Origin: Eremomyces bilateralis CBS 781.70
Lineage: Eukaryota
Assembly (NCBI GenBank): GCA_010015585.1
Contig: ML975162.1
DNA length: 64,000 nt
Reading direction: 5' to 3' (one strand)
Shown here: positions 25,213 through 38,189 of the stretch, piece after piece
How the letters are laid out: every line of letters begins with the position of its first letter
How positions within the stretch are numbered: position 1 is the first letter of the stretch
Position numbers and translations under genes: made by a program
The notes under the pieces: model-generated
Told to the model about the DNA's origin: nothing
The model's database searches: none
The model's input: the letters and a program-made list of their open reading frames with translations, nothing else

Positions 25213-28200
25213 TGTGGAGGAGCGGGACAGAACCGGAGGGGAAGCATAGTCGCGGAGTCTGTTGCCTACGTTGGATTGAAAGTGTTGGATACCCTATAGC
25301 AGCGTCGGCGTCAGGGTCTCAATGAGACAGCGGTAGTAATAGGGTCAGCCATTGGCCTGTGCCAATAATAGTCGATATATCCCCCTCGATCTGGCTAGAC
25401 CGTGCTTCCTGCGCGACCTCCTCGTTTGTCGGTACCGAGGCTGCTGTATCGTCGATCCTCCCTGTCCCACTCGAACACGACTTCCAGAACACCGCAGGAT
25501 CATGGATGACTCCCCGCGCTGTCTCGTCCCTCTCGGAAACTACGGAGCCGTTTCATCCCCTGGTGGCCTGCCCAACCTACTCAGCTGGGTTTCGCGTCGA
25601 GTGGTGTTTAGTCAGGCGGGATCCGATCACTATGGGTGTGGACCGATCTTGGTTAGCCGTACGCCGCCGACGCGTGCCACGGCATGGCGCGATTGGAGTT
25701 GCCGAGTCGCGTGTAGGAAGAGGGGAGGTGGAAGTGCCGTGGAACGCGGTTCAGGTGCTTCTTCCGCGGTACCTATCTGGATGTACGAATTCATCCCGGT
25801 GGACTGAGATGGAGGTTGTCATACGGGATGCATGGACACGGGGACGGAGAGGAGAGTTGGACTTTGGTTAGTAGCAGTATGTGCTTCGGATATTGGGGAC
25901 AGATGGGGTTGGAGGATCAGGATGCTGGTCGAGTTTCCCATGCCGTGATATCAATATCCGATTCAATAGGATGACTGACGAGAACAGTGTCACTCTGTGT
26001 GACTGAATGCAGTGGCATTTACACGAACCCATGAACGCTCTACGTAGAATGTATGACCATCGCTCTATCATACTTGAATACTTGAACCCGACCCGGGATT
26101 GGGATCGTTCTTGTTCATCTGGGCGTAGATCATTTTCTGGCAAGGCAACACGCCATCGCCCATACATCGCCATCTTATGTTTCACACCAACATTTCTTAG
26201 CCCCTTAATAATCACTAATTAGCAAATCTCGCGCATGCAGCCTCGTTCTCTCATCTTGGCGCCAAGCCTTACTGGTACGACGCGCTCCACTATATGAACG
26301 CCAAATCCACCCCATGACTGACCGGTATTGCACTCGGTATAAATGCGGCGAGTTTTCCAGGCTCACCAGTCGTCGGGAGGGCTGGCGGACAGGAAGCCCT
26401 CTATTTTATATTGTGGAGGATCGCAACAGGTCTCGGCGAAGGCTAGGATTCAGGTCTTGTGCAACCGCCCTCCGCGGATAGACACGACAAGAAGTAATTC
26501 CTGTATCAAACGAAGTCGAACCGAAATTTTCTGCAATTTCAGATACGGTGTCGGATACATATCAGCAGGTTTAAGAACGATGGTTCAGCTGTATCGACAG
26601 GGTCGACGGGTTAGCTCCCCTAGTTAGCCATCTATTCTATATCGATTCCATCTGGCCAGAGTGCACCGAAAATAGCGTCTCAGAATTAGCATGCCTGAAT
26701 TATATGGTTCATCAGAAGGAAGGGGTAGAGTCGTAGGGACTATGTACATTGTAGTCAGCCTAATTATTGAGCCATCAAGCGACCGCACATAGTGGTCAGA
26801 TCAGTCGACGGCCAAGGCGCCATCCGCCCGAGAAATAGTCAGGGGACTAACTCCTTCGAAGCTTCGATGGAGAAGGTTCTATTCTCTGTGGACGAAGGAC
26901 TGAAAGCGGAATAGATAAGCCGAAGCACGCACTCCCTTCCGGTGCTGACTCCTGAGTTCTGGCGGGAGTGGAGTGAACATCGATTCCCTGGATGGATGGA
27001 GAGGAATCTCGGAACGACAGAAAATAAAGCCTGATCATTAGACACGATTCTTGGCAATACTAGCTGGGTACGTTAGCGGATTCGCCGGATATTTCTGTTG
27101 TTCTGGAAATGTTGGATCATGATCCATAGATGTACTAGTGTTGTACTCCGTAGTCCGTACTGAAGTAGGAATACTTGGGGATAACAGGGATGACCCACCA
27201 GGCACACTGACCTGTTGCGGATCTCACCTTACCATCACGACATGTACGAAATATGATACCCATGCTCTTTCCATTCACGTGGTATGCTGAAGGAATGATC
27301 GCCAATTTGGGGCGCTCAACTGGGGATGGCGCCGAATACATGTTAAAAAACTTGAACTTTAAATGAAGACTCTGATTTAATTACCGGTACTATGTCCACC
27401 GGAACGGTTCGACAGATCACACCAACCCCAGCTGCGACGGTCTCAAGTTAGTTCCAGTGTCGCGTGGAGTGCAGAATGGGGAAGTTGGAGACCCCATTCT
27501 ATTCCATTCTACTCCATTTCACCGTACACTAAGGAAGTCACTATACGATGAATGTACGACGGGAACCAACAGCTAGTCACCTTGTTGTCGATCCACCCCC
27601 GCTCAAACGTACATGGTACTTCAGATACATGGAAGTTTTCAACCTGTCGCAGTCGATCATGATGCCAAACCGCCGAGGGACAAGACCTTCGAGAATTTCT
27701 TCGCCAAGTATCGGGCTTGTCATGGCCCACTCAATCGCACGCACTCCCCGTCCTCCCTGTCGCGCTTGTCAGCCTGTGGATTGCCTTTGCATGTTTTTGG
27801 CGAAATCGCTTGTCTGCGAGATCTAGTTCTGGGCTGGACGCCTCCCGTCCTTGGGCTGACCACCACAAGAATTCTTGTCGATGAGCCTCATCGGGCATCG
27901 CCTTGCCAGCTGCTACGCAATATGATTATCCCGATGGTGACATGGAACGCGACCATCAACAAAAAGACAACAAGCAGACAATACTAGAAAGGTTCCCCTC
28001 AGCGCTCAATTCGCTGCCGGAGAAATTGCCCTCAGATACGATGCAATCTGTTGTTGTGCTATGTGCGTCTCAGGAGCCAACGAGTAGGACAAGCCCGATA
28101 TTCTCATTTCGATATCTCTCCGTATGACATTATCGTCGATTCGTCGCCCACTGGGATATCCAGCCTCCAACCCATCCCTCCGCCACGGACTAGCCGGTCT

Positions 28201-28316
28201 GGTAGAGCCGCGGCAATTTGCTGCAGATTGCAACCCGAACCCTGACATTTCTATTGCTCCATAACTTCCATGGTCTTAAAGGCGGCACTTTACTCGAGAA
28301 GGTTGTCGATTGCCAC

Positions 28317-28413
28317 CCCCAGGAGAATCGGCTGATCCCAGCCTCCCGTCCCTGCCAACGCCCAGGATAAGACTACCCCCAACCGTCCCTAACCAATTGC
28401 GGGGAGTCTGGGG
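28317..28413. promoter_or_regulatory. Cluster of three SYGGRG (CreA/Mig1-type) sites plus CCAAT upstream of the MFS permease
   Basis: CCCCAG at 28317, CCAAT at 28393, GCGGGG at 28399 and CTGGGG at 28408. These are short motifs and their function is inferred. Confidence 0.3.
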
Positions 28414-29027
28414 AATCCCCACGGGTTGGAGAGCCAAGTTCAGCCGCCAAGATCTGGCTCAAATGCCTGCCTGTTCCTTGGCTGCCGTCGCTGCGAAAGC
28501 GCCTCAAAGGTTGGTGCAACCATCATCGTGGATTTGTGGGACATCTGGTCATCCCCCAAGCAAACACCAATTTTTTCCAGACGCGGCTTCAGCCATCCAA
28601 TCATGCCACTGGCTTGAGGTCCTGTAATCGTCCACCCTTATCCAGATCCGTGGCCAGCACCGAAACCGTGCATCGGATGGTCAACTCAGAATCGCTTCCA
28701 ATTAGAGCACTCGCACACTCTGTCGCGCATAATCTGCATCTTCCATGCCCGCCAAGTCGACTTGCGAATAGGAAACAGGGGCTGCCTCCCTCGGTATCTT
28801 CCATCATCTGGATGTCTCGATGAAAACACGGGAGGGGTTTAGGACCGTCCAAGGGTCGATTATGGGATAGTCCTGCTCACATCTTGGTTCAAATATGAGG
28901 GCCGGATAACCTGACCTCGATCAAGTTCGAATTCTTTCTCTCCTTTATCCTCTTCGTACCTTTTACGGTCTTTCTTTTTGTGATACCCCGCTGTGACCGT
29001 TCGTTCGTCACGAGCATACCCGACGCC

Positions 29028-30755
29028 ATGGCAGACATGGAGAAGCACGTCGTTAACCATGACGACTATAAGGGCTCGTTGTCGAGCTCCCACGATAACT
29101 TGATCGAAGTTGGGCCTCAGGAGGCTAAGAGGATTAAGCGAAAGCTGGATGCACGATTGGTCGCCACCACCGGGTTGATGTACTGCATCTCATTGATGGA
29201 CCGGACCAATTTGTCCAATGCTGCGGTTGCTGGGTAAGAGAAGAGCTAATGGCGTAACAATTGAGATAGCTGGGGCCGTGGACTAACAACGAGTTAGTAT
29301 GAACAAGGAGCTCCTGATGATTGATTACCGATACGTAAGTTCCAGCCCATCTCGTACGTACCGAAAGGAGTCCTAACTCGCCTTGCAGAGCATTGTCACA
29401 CTCGTCTTCTTTATCCCCTATGTCATCTTCCAACCCCCGGCGACTATCCTTACCCGAAAGATCGGACCAAGGATCTTCCTCTCGGCCTTGACCGTTTCGT
29501 GGGGTGCCATCATGATCGGTATGGGATTCACCAAGAATTGGGAAACGATGGCTGGTCTCCGTGTTCTCCTCGGCACCCTCGAGGCAGGTTTCTTCCCTGG
29601 ATGCGTCTACCTGCTCAGCACGTGGTACGTCCGATGTAAGTTACGATGAACCCCTCTTGACTGTGGAATGCGTGCTGACTCCACGCAGATGACATGGGCA
29701 AGCGGTATTCCTTCTTCTATCTGATTGGTTGTGTGGCATCGGCGTTCGCTGGTATCCTCGCATACGGTCTCATGCAGATGGGTGGGCTCCAGGGTATAAC
29801 TAGCTGGAGGTGGATCTTCATCATTGAGGGTGTCGTATGTTTTCCCTGCCTCCGATAAATCAGGCCGCTGTCCAAAAAGCTCACTGTTTCAGCTCACCGG
29901 CACCATTGGTATCATCGGTTATATCTTCCTCGTGGGCTTCCCGGATGATAAGACGAAGTACTGGGGATTCCTCAACGACCGCGAAAAGCAATGGGTCATT
30001 AACCGCGTGAACGCCGATCGTGGCGACGCCAACGTCGAAGCCTTCAGCATGAAGAAATTCCTTGGCGCCGGCCTTGACATCAAGGTCTGGGGTTATGCCC
30101 TGATCTTCTTCGACAGCACTACGCTCGCCTATGCGCTGGCATATTTCCTGCCGATCATCCTGAAAGACGGAATGGGTTTCGGCGTCGCCGAAGCACAGTG
30201 CCTCGGTGCCCCGCCGTACGTGTTCGCCGGTATCATCATGTTCGCCACCGCCTGGGTCGGCGACCGCTATCATATCCGTGGCCCCATCATCCTCTTCAAC
30301 ATGGTCCTCTGCCTGATCGGACTCCCCATCATGGGCTGGGCTAGCGCTCCTGCTGTCCGATACTTCGGCGTCTTCCTCGTCACCGCCGGTGCCAACGCCA
30401 ACGTCCCTGCCGTCATGACCTACCAGGCCAACAACATCCGTGGCCAATGGAAGCGCGCTTTCTGCTCCGCCACCCTTGTCGGTATGGGCGGTGTTGGTGG
30501 TATCGCTGGTTCACTGATCTTCCGAACTCAGGATGCGCCGTTGTACCGCCCGGGCATGTACGCGTGCATTGCATGCTGCGGGCTCAGTGTCATCATCACC
30601 GTCTTGCTCATGCTCCGATTCAAGACTTTGAACGCCAAGGCCGACCGTGGTGAGCTGACGCTGGAGGGAAGCGAGGTACGTCCGTTGCGAATCTTGTGTG
30701 GTTTCCGTTCACAGGCTAACTCGACCGATAGGACGGCTTCCGCTACACATACTAA
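29028..30755 (+). CDS. MFS permease, anion:cation symporter family (Dal5/Tna1/phthalate-permease-like)
   Basis: Introns 29234..29297, 29335..29388, 29636..29688, 29835..29892 and 30676..30731. Motifs RKLDARL..MDRTNLSNA, LGTLEAGFFPGCVYLLSTWY, WRWIFIIEG, YQANNIRGQWKRA and C-terminal GFRYTY. Confidence 0.93.
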
Positions 30756-31784
30756 ACGACCTCGCTCTTCGCTCGGGAATAGATGTGGTTGCGCATGCAG
30801 ACCAGCTATGGGGATTGTTTGATGTAGCTGCTTTCATATCGAACTTCTCCGTTCCTATCACCATCAAATCAACTCGGACTCGGTGCATGCGGCTCGGAAG
30901 CGTCCCCTGTGCTAGAGGTCTGGTTGATGATGGCGGCTAGCTCAGCATCTTGACTTCTTGTGTTCATAGCTTCAATGAGATATACTTAGCACATACTTGG
31001 TAATAATTGTAAGTTTCGTGTTCCTTGCATATTCCGATGGTTTTAACAATGATCGCGGCGTGACGTTGGGTTAAAGTTGATGGCGGGTATGCAATCAGGC
31101 CTCGGCTGCGTGTATCTATCCCCGCGGTGGACACCCAAGCTTCCCACATTGCCTTGTAGACGCTGGGCTGTAGACTGTAGCGTGTAGGGCGTAGCCGTGA
31201 CCCGCGGCCCTCGTAGGCCATACGATGCGGCTCTGCCCGCCTCCTTGCTGATCAGTCGATCATATTGTTGAATGGCTTGCATGAGTTGCGTCTGTCGAAT
31301 TGCGGATCGAGCTGTGCAAATTCTTGGGGTGTTCTAGAAAACGCGTTGTGGCTTGGAGTCAATCGTTCATGTTCCTTGTGATGGCGGAGTCCCAAAAAAG
31401 CTCCTGCTGGGGCCATTCATAGAGATAAATGAGAGCAACGGTATCATAGAAATCTGTAAAACTGTAAAAGAGGTCGGTGCCGTAGTCTCCCAACAGACCA
31501 GTGATGAATGACCCTCCACGCCCTCTTATTTGGTCTTCTGCATTTCGAGGGCCCAAGGATTGGGAGGGGTGAATCGTCGGAACGGTAGCCAATCAGGACG
31601 AAGCAGTGACATTCTTTCATGTCCCAACACGGTTAGCACCGATGAAATCCTAGTATGTAGATATAATCAGGTACTGCAAACTCAATTGTGCACATAGTAG
31701 CGAAGTATTCGTGACTATACGTTCTAAATACTTCCAACAACAAGGCTTACTTTGGGCTCATCGAAATTGTTGTTTCCTCATATC

Positions 31785-33134
31785 ATGAAGTCTGATAGCG
31801 ACTCTCTCACGACCAAAGCGCTTGAAGCGAGGCAAAGCACTAGAGATGTTAACCAACCGCAGCAGGATTCGAGAGAGACAACAGATGTTGAGAAAGGAAA
31901 TGATAGTACACGGTGCGAAGAAGGGGCAGAAATTGCTCTAGCCTCCAGTGACGACAAATCTCAGAAGCCTCCTTTCAACGCACTATCTTTGCTCGATCGT
32001 TTCTTAGTTGTCTGGATCATCCTCGCGATGGCTATCGGGATCGTGCTGGGAAACTTCGTCCCTTCTACTGGGCCGGCGCTCCAGCGAGGCAAATTTGCTG
32101 AAGTCAGTGTGCCCATCGGTAAGTTCAATCCTGGCAACGGAATCCTGTCATGAAGCAATTGAACGTGGAACGAGAATGGCTGACCTTTTCGTGAAGCCGT
32201 GGGACTTCTAGTTATGATGTACCCGATCCTCTGCAAGGTTCGCTACGAGACTCTCTACCTTTTACTCCGGGATCGCGGCCTCTGGATCCAAATCCTCTTC
32301 TCCTTCGTCCTCAATTGGATCATCGCCCCACTGTTCATGGTTGGTCTTGCTTGGGCCTTTCTTCCTGACAGACAAGACCTCCGTGAGGGACTCATCTTCG
32401 TTGGAATCGCACGATGCATTGCAATGGTGCTTATATGGACGGATTTGGCTGGCGGTGATGGCGACTATTGTGCAGTGCTGGTCGCCTTCAACTCCATATT
32501 ACAAATCGTCTTGTTTGCACCGTTCGCGGTATTCTACATCAAGATCGTCAGCCATTCAAGCAGTGCGGTGTCTGTCAGCTACAGCGGCGTAGCCACCAGT
32601 GTAGCTGTGTTTTTGGGTGAAGTCATTCTATCAAGGTTTTGAAAATGCGCTGACTTTCGGGCAAAAGGCATTCCACTTGGAGCAGCGGTCATGACTCGCT
32701 TGTCGCTCCGCGGGTTGCTCGGCGAGCGCCGGTACCAGCAATACTTCCTCCGCTATATCGGTCCTTTCTCTTTGATTGGACTCATATACACCATAATTGT
32801 TCTGTTCGCATCACAAGGCCGCCACGTTGTTGACCAGATCACTTCGGTGCTGCGGGTCTGCGCACCTTTGGTTGTGTATTTCCTAGTCATCTTCTCTGCA
32901 ACAGCTCTAGCCTGTTGGAAGTTTGGATTTGGGTATAGAGTTAGTTGCACACAAAGCTTCACTGCAGCAAGCAATAACTTCGAACTTGCCATTGCTGTTG
33001 TTGTTGCTGTGTATGGAGCTGGGAGTGGACAAGCTCTGGCATGTACCGTCGGTCCCTTGATTGAGGTTCCAGTGCTTGTTGCTCTTGTATATGTGCTCAA
33101 GTGGGTTCAAAAGAAATGGAACTGGAAATTATGA
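31785..33134 (+). CDS. ACR3: Acr3 arsenite/antimonite efflux transporter
   Basis: Introns 32119..32196 and 32617..32667. Motifs LSLLDRFLVVWIILAM, GLLVMMYPILCKVRYE, NWIIAPLFM, GIARCIAMV, SNNFELAIAV and GPLIEVPVL. Confidence 0.95.
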
Positions 33135-33412
33135 GATAGATCAATAAGCAAACAAGTGAATGAGAGAGAGTGCTTTATGGTGACTGGAGCTGAGGTTGAG
33201 GCATTGTTTGACTGGGACTTGATAGCGAAAGTGCTGTTGATACATGTATGAACTCTAACTTAGTAGACCCCTTAGTTAAAAATGAAAGATAGACTTTAGA
33301 TGGTATATTCACCCGTTGGCGGCATCATGAAGAGACTGATAATTATTCAAAAGTATGGGAAAAGAGAGCAAGCTTGGAAGGGGTGCATGGCTTAGCCGTG
33401 ATTAGAAATGTA

Positions 33413-33450
33413 GTCATGTGACACTGTCATGTGACACTGTCATGTGACAT
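33413..33450. repeat. Three tandem 13-bp units GTCATGTGACACT, each with an E-box-like GTCATGTGAC core, upstream of RPB2
   Basis: Units at 33413, 33426 and 33439 (the last ends in GACAT). Confidence 0.9.
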
Positions 33451-33814
33451 TTCCCATACCTCACAACATGTCCTTATCGTCCGCCGAAATTCATGCCAAG
33501 GCCTCTCCATCCCTTCACCTTCACCTTTCATCGTTTTGGGCTTCTCATGCTTCCAGCTGCAGAACGCGTTCTGCTCCCTTGCATTCTGCTCCTTGTGTCT
33601 GTGTGGTGCAAGATATCTACTGAACTTGCCTCAGAGCGCAGTTGGAGACGCGTTGCTCACTTTTGTTATATCCCTCTTCTTGACAAGTCGCCACTTGCCC
33701 AGTGGTACCCTACAATCGCAACCGCATTCATACACTTCGACTGCGCTGAAGGATACGAGAATCGGAGACGAGGATTTCGCGTTGGATCCATCGCGTTAAA
33801 GCGGTTCATCGACC

Positions 33815-36800
33815 ATGGCGGACTACGTGAATGGATACGATCCAGCGGAAGAGTACGAAGATGAATACGAGGAGGGCATCACCGCGGAAGACTGCTGGGC
33901 AGTTATCACGTCGTTCTTTGACGGCACTGGTCTCGTCGCACAGCAGTTGAACTCATTCGACTTCTTCGCTCTCCATACGATCAACGAGATCACTACTGAT
34001 TTCGGGCGCATCGTCATCGACCAGAACGAACCCCAGAATGAAGGCGACATCGATCCGATTATCAAGCGTCGATACGACTTGCGATTCTCTGACCTGCGCA
34101 TGTCGGTCCCTCACATTACGGAGCAGGATGGTGGCGTTTATCAAATCTATCCTCACGACTGTCGAGTGCGAAACTTGACATATGCGTCCTCGATGTTCGT
34201 GAATTTCGCGACGAAGACGTTGGTGGCGCGAGAGCGACGGGTAGGACAGGCCCTGGACGCGGATGAGATGACCGATGGACAACCGGAGTCGGAGGACACC
34301 GAGCTCGTTTGGGAGCAAACCGACGACGACCCGACATCTGGCCAGGAAGCGCAGCCTTATATCGGAAAGATGCCCATCATGCTCAAGTCGCAGATGTGCT
34401 CTCTTCGAAACAAGACCGATGAGGAACTCTACGCCGTCGGAGAATGCCCTTACGACCAAGGTGGATACTTCGTCATCAACGGAAGCGAGAAGGTCTTGAT
34501 TGCACAAGAGCGAAGTGCCGCAAACATTGTGCAGGTCTTCAAGAAGAAGAACAGCCCGACGCCATTCATTGCTGAGATTCGGAGCGCGCTGGAAAAAGGC
34601 TCGCGAATGATATCCTCAGTCACCCTGAAGCTTCACGAGAAGGGCGAAACCTCGAAAGGTGGATTCGGCAAAACCGTCACCGTTAGTCTGCCATACGTCA
34701 ATGACGACGTCCCTCTCGGTGTCGTTTTCCGTGCTCTGGGAATCGTTTCCGATGCCGACATCCTCAACCATGTGTGCTACGACAAGAACGACACGCAAAT
34801 GATGGAGATGCTCAAGCCTTGCATTGAACATGCATTTGCTATTCAGGATCAGCAGGTCGCTCTGTCATATATCGGCACGCGAGCAGGCAAACCTGGACGA
34901 CCGTCGACGAAGGATGCCCGCATCCGTACAGCGAGAGAAATCCTCCAAAAAGAGTTCCTGCCACATATTTCGCAATCAGAGGGCAGTGAAACTAGGAAAG
35001 CTTTCTTCTTAGGATACATGACGCATCGCCTCCTGCAGTGTGCTCTGGGACGGAGAGAGGAAGATGACCGAGATCATTTCGGTAAAAAGCGACTTGACAT
35101 GGCCGGACCCCTTCTATCCAATCTCTTCCGACAGCTGTACCAGAAATTGACGAAGGAGGTATACGCATATGTGCAGAAATGCATTGAAAGCGGAAAGCCT
35201 TTCAACATGTCTCTGGCGATCAAGTCTAACACAATCACGAACGGTCTCAAATACTCCTTGGCTACCGGCAATTGGGGTCTTCAGAACAAAGCTCAGCAAA
35301 GCAAGGCCGGAGTCTCCCAGGTGCTTAACCGGTATACATATTCATCGAGTTTGTCACATCTTCGACGAACCAACACACCCGTTGGTCGAGATGGCAAGCT
35401 TGCGAAGCCACGGCAGCTGCATAATACCCACTGGGGCCTCGTCTGTCCTTCCGAGACACCCGAAGGTCAAGCATGTGGTCTGGTGAAGAACTTGTCGCTG
35501 ATGTGTTATGTCAGCGTTGGCCATAGTGAGGTCAAGACTGGTCTGGAGAAGTTCTTGGAAGCACGCAGCATTGAGATTCTGGAGGAATATGAACCCTCAC
35601 TGGCACCAAATGCCACCAAGGTCTTCCTTGACGGCGTCTGGATCGGCGTCCACCGCGACCCTTCGATGCTTGTCCGGTCTCTTAAAGAGCTTCGAGCCAG
35701 CAATCTCATCCCCTTCGAGGTCAGCATCATCTGGGATATCCGTGAGCGTGAGATCAAAGTGTTCTCCGACACAGGAAGAGTACTGCGACCGCTCTTCGTG
35801 GTCGAGACAAACCCATCAAAGCCGAACTACGGCAACTTAGTGCTGAATCGAGAACATCTCGATCAACTTGCCGAAGATCAAAGAATCCCACAAGTACAGC
35901 TCCGAGAGATGCAGGCTCAAAAGCAACCTATCGGATGGATGCGGCTTGTCACACAAGGCGTTATCGAGTACCTCGACGCCGAAGAGGAGGAGACGGCGAT
36001 GATCATCATGACGCCTGAGGAGCTAGAAGATCATCATCGTATCAGGAGCGGCCAGTCTATGTACGAGGCGGAGGACATTGATCCTCTGAGGCGTGTCAAA
36101 GGGAAGCCGAATCCTACGGTGAAGAACTACACTCATTGTGAGATTCATCCTAGCATGATCTTGGGTGTGTGCGCAAGCATCATTCCCTTCCCAGATCACA
36201 ATCAGGTATGTTCCATTTCAACTAAACTTGTTAAGACCCTACTAACTTGAATAGTCTCCCCGTAATACTTACCAGTCTGCAATGGGTAAACAAGCCATGG
36301 GTGTCAGCGTAACCAACTTCAACCTACGAATGGACACCATGAACAACGCCCTCTACTATCCACAAAAGCCACTGGGGACAACGAGATCTATGGAATACCT
36401 CAAGTTCCGTGAGCTTCCCGCCGGACAGAATGCTGTTGTCGCAATTGCATGCTACTCGGGTTACAACCAAGAAGATTCCGTGATCATGAGCCAGAGCTCC
36501 ATCGACAGAGGGCTGTTCCGAAGTCTTTTCTATCGCACATATACCGATCAAGAAGAGCGGATCGGTATGGCTGTTGTCGAAGAGTTTGAGAAGCCCAATC
36601 GTGCCAACACTTTGAGAATGAAGGTTGGTACCTACGATAAGTTGGACAATGATGGTCTCGTCAACCCTGGAGTTCGTGTATCTGGTGACGACATCATCAT
36701 CGGAAAAACCGCTCCTATCCCCCCAGACGCCGAAGAACTTGGCCAACGCACTAAGTTCCATGACAAGCGAGATGTCTCCACACCACTTCGATCCACCGAG

Positions 36801-37703
36801 AGCGGTATCGTTGACCGAGTCATCGTAACTACGAACACGGATGGCTATAGATTTGTCAAGGTCCGTATTCGAACAACCAAGATCCCACAGATTGGAGACA
36901 AGTTCGCCTCCCGTCACGGACAGAAGGGTACCATCGGTGTGACGTACCGTCAAGAAGACATGCCTTTTACCCGCGAAGGCCTCACCCCTGACCTTATCAT
37001 CAACCCGCACGCCATCCCCTCCCGCATGACCATCGCCCATTTAATCGAGTGTCTCCTCTCCAAAGTCGGTGCGCTGCGTGGTGCGGAAGGCGACGCAACT
37101 CCTTTCACTGACGTCACGGTCTCCGACATCTCGGCGCTTCTCGAACAGCACGGTTACCAACGCCGTGGCTTCGAGGTCATGTACAACGGCCACACCGGCA
37201 AGAAAATGCGCGCGCAGGTCTTCCTTGGGCCAACGTACTATCAGCGGTTGCGGCATATGGTCGACGACAAGATCCACGCACGTGCCAGAGGCCCCATGCA
37301 GATCATGACCCGGCAACCCGTGGAAGGTCGTGCAAGAGATGGTGGTCTGCGGTTCGGAGAGATGGAGCGCGATTGCATGATCGCACATGGTGCGGCGGCG
37401 TTTTTGAAGGAGAGGTTGTTCGAGGTGTCGGACGCATATCGCGTGCACGTCTGCGAAATTTGCGGGCTGATGACTCCGATTGCGTAAGCTTTCCGAACAA
37501 CATGCTGATGGGATCGTGTTACTGACAAACCCTGCAGGAGCTTGAAAAAGAAGCAATACGAGTGCAGGCCTTGCAAGAACAAGACCAAGATCGCCCAGAT
37601 TCACATCCCATATGCTGCCAAATTGCTCTTCCAGGAGTTGGCCAGTATGAACATCGCTTCGCGATTCCGGACGGTGCGAAGTGGCAAAACCGTGAGGGTT
37701 TAA
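33815..37703 (+). CDS. RPB2: RNA polymerase II second-largest subunit
   Basis: Introns 36206..36254 and 37484..37537. Motifs [82 protein letters not shown] and the C-terminal zinc ribbon. Confidence 0.99.
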
Positions 37704-38189
37704 GGAGATCAACATAATTTGGGTTGATGGATTACAGAAGAAGCGATCTTCACTAGCGTCGACGCAAAAGTTTCCTGGTTTCTTTTCGGTCAAATCGAAT
37801 CCACTGGCGTGGTCGCGGCAATATTTGATTCTTGACTTTACAGCGACAGTTTGCATCGGGACGGAGTCATATGGTGGGTGAATGGAGTACACGCCATGGG
37901 AAGAAACCTAGAATAGTTCATCGCGTCTGGTGTACAACAGATATGGTCTGCGTCGACTGCACAATATAAAATTCATACCAGTATCCATCTGACCCGCCCA
38001 TCCTGTGTTACTATGCCATATATGTATGTACTGAGCCATAGGTAGGGCTCTAATATTCGAGACGAGCCACACTGCCAATTTACTCCCACCTTTTATATTT
38101 ATATTCTTGTGAGTAAACTTCGTCCTAGATGTCGACTACCCCATCCACCCCGCCAGCCTGCTTTGGGGGGCCATTCTCGTCTTCAAGGC

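Noticed and set aside
25213..28980. Hidden gene in the 3.8-kb gap between Rab4 and the MFS permease
   Set aside because: I could not assemble a consistent exon chain or motif. There is only a small 9-bp-stem hairpin near 27473..27500. It is probably promoter or decayed sequence.
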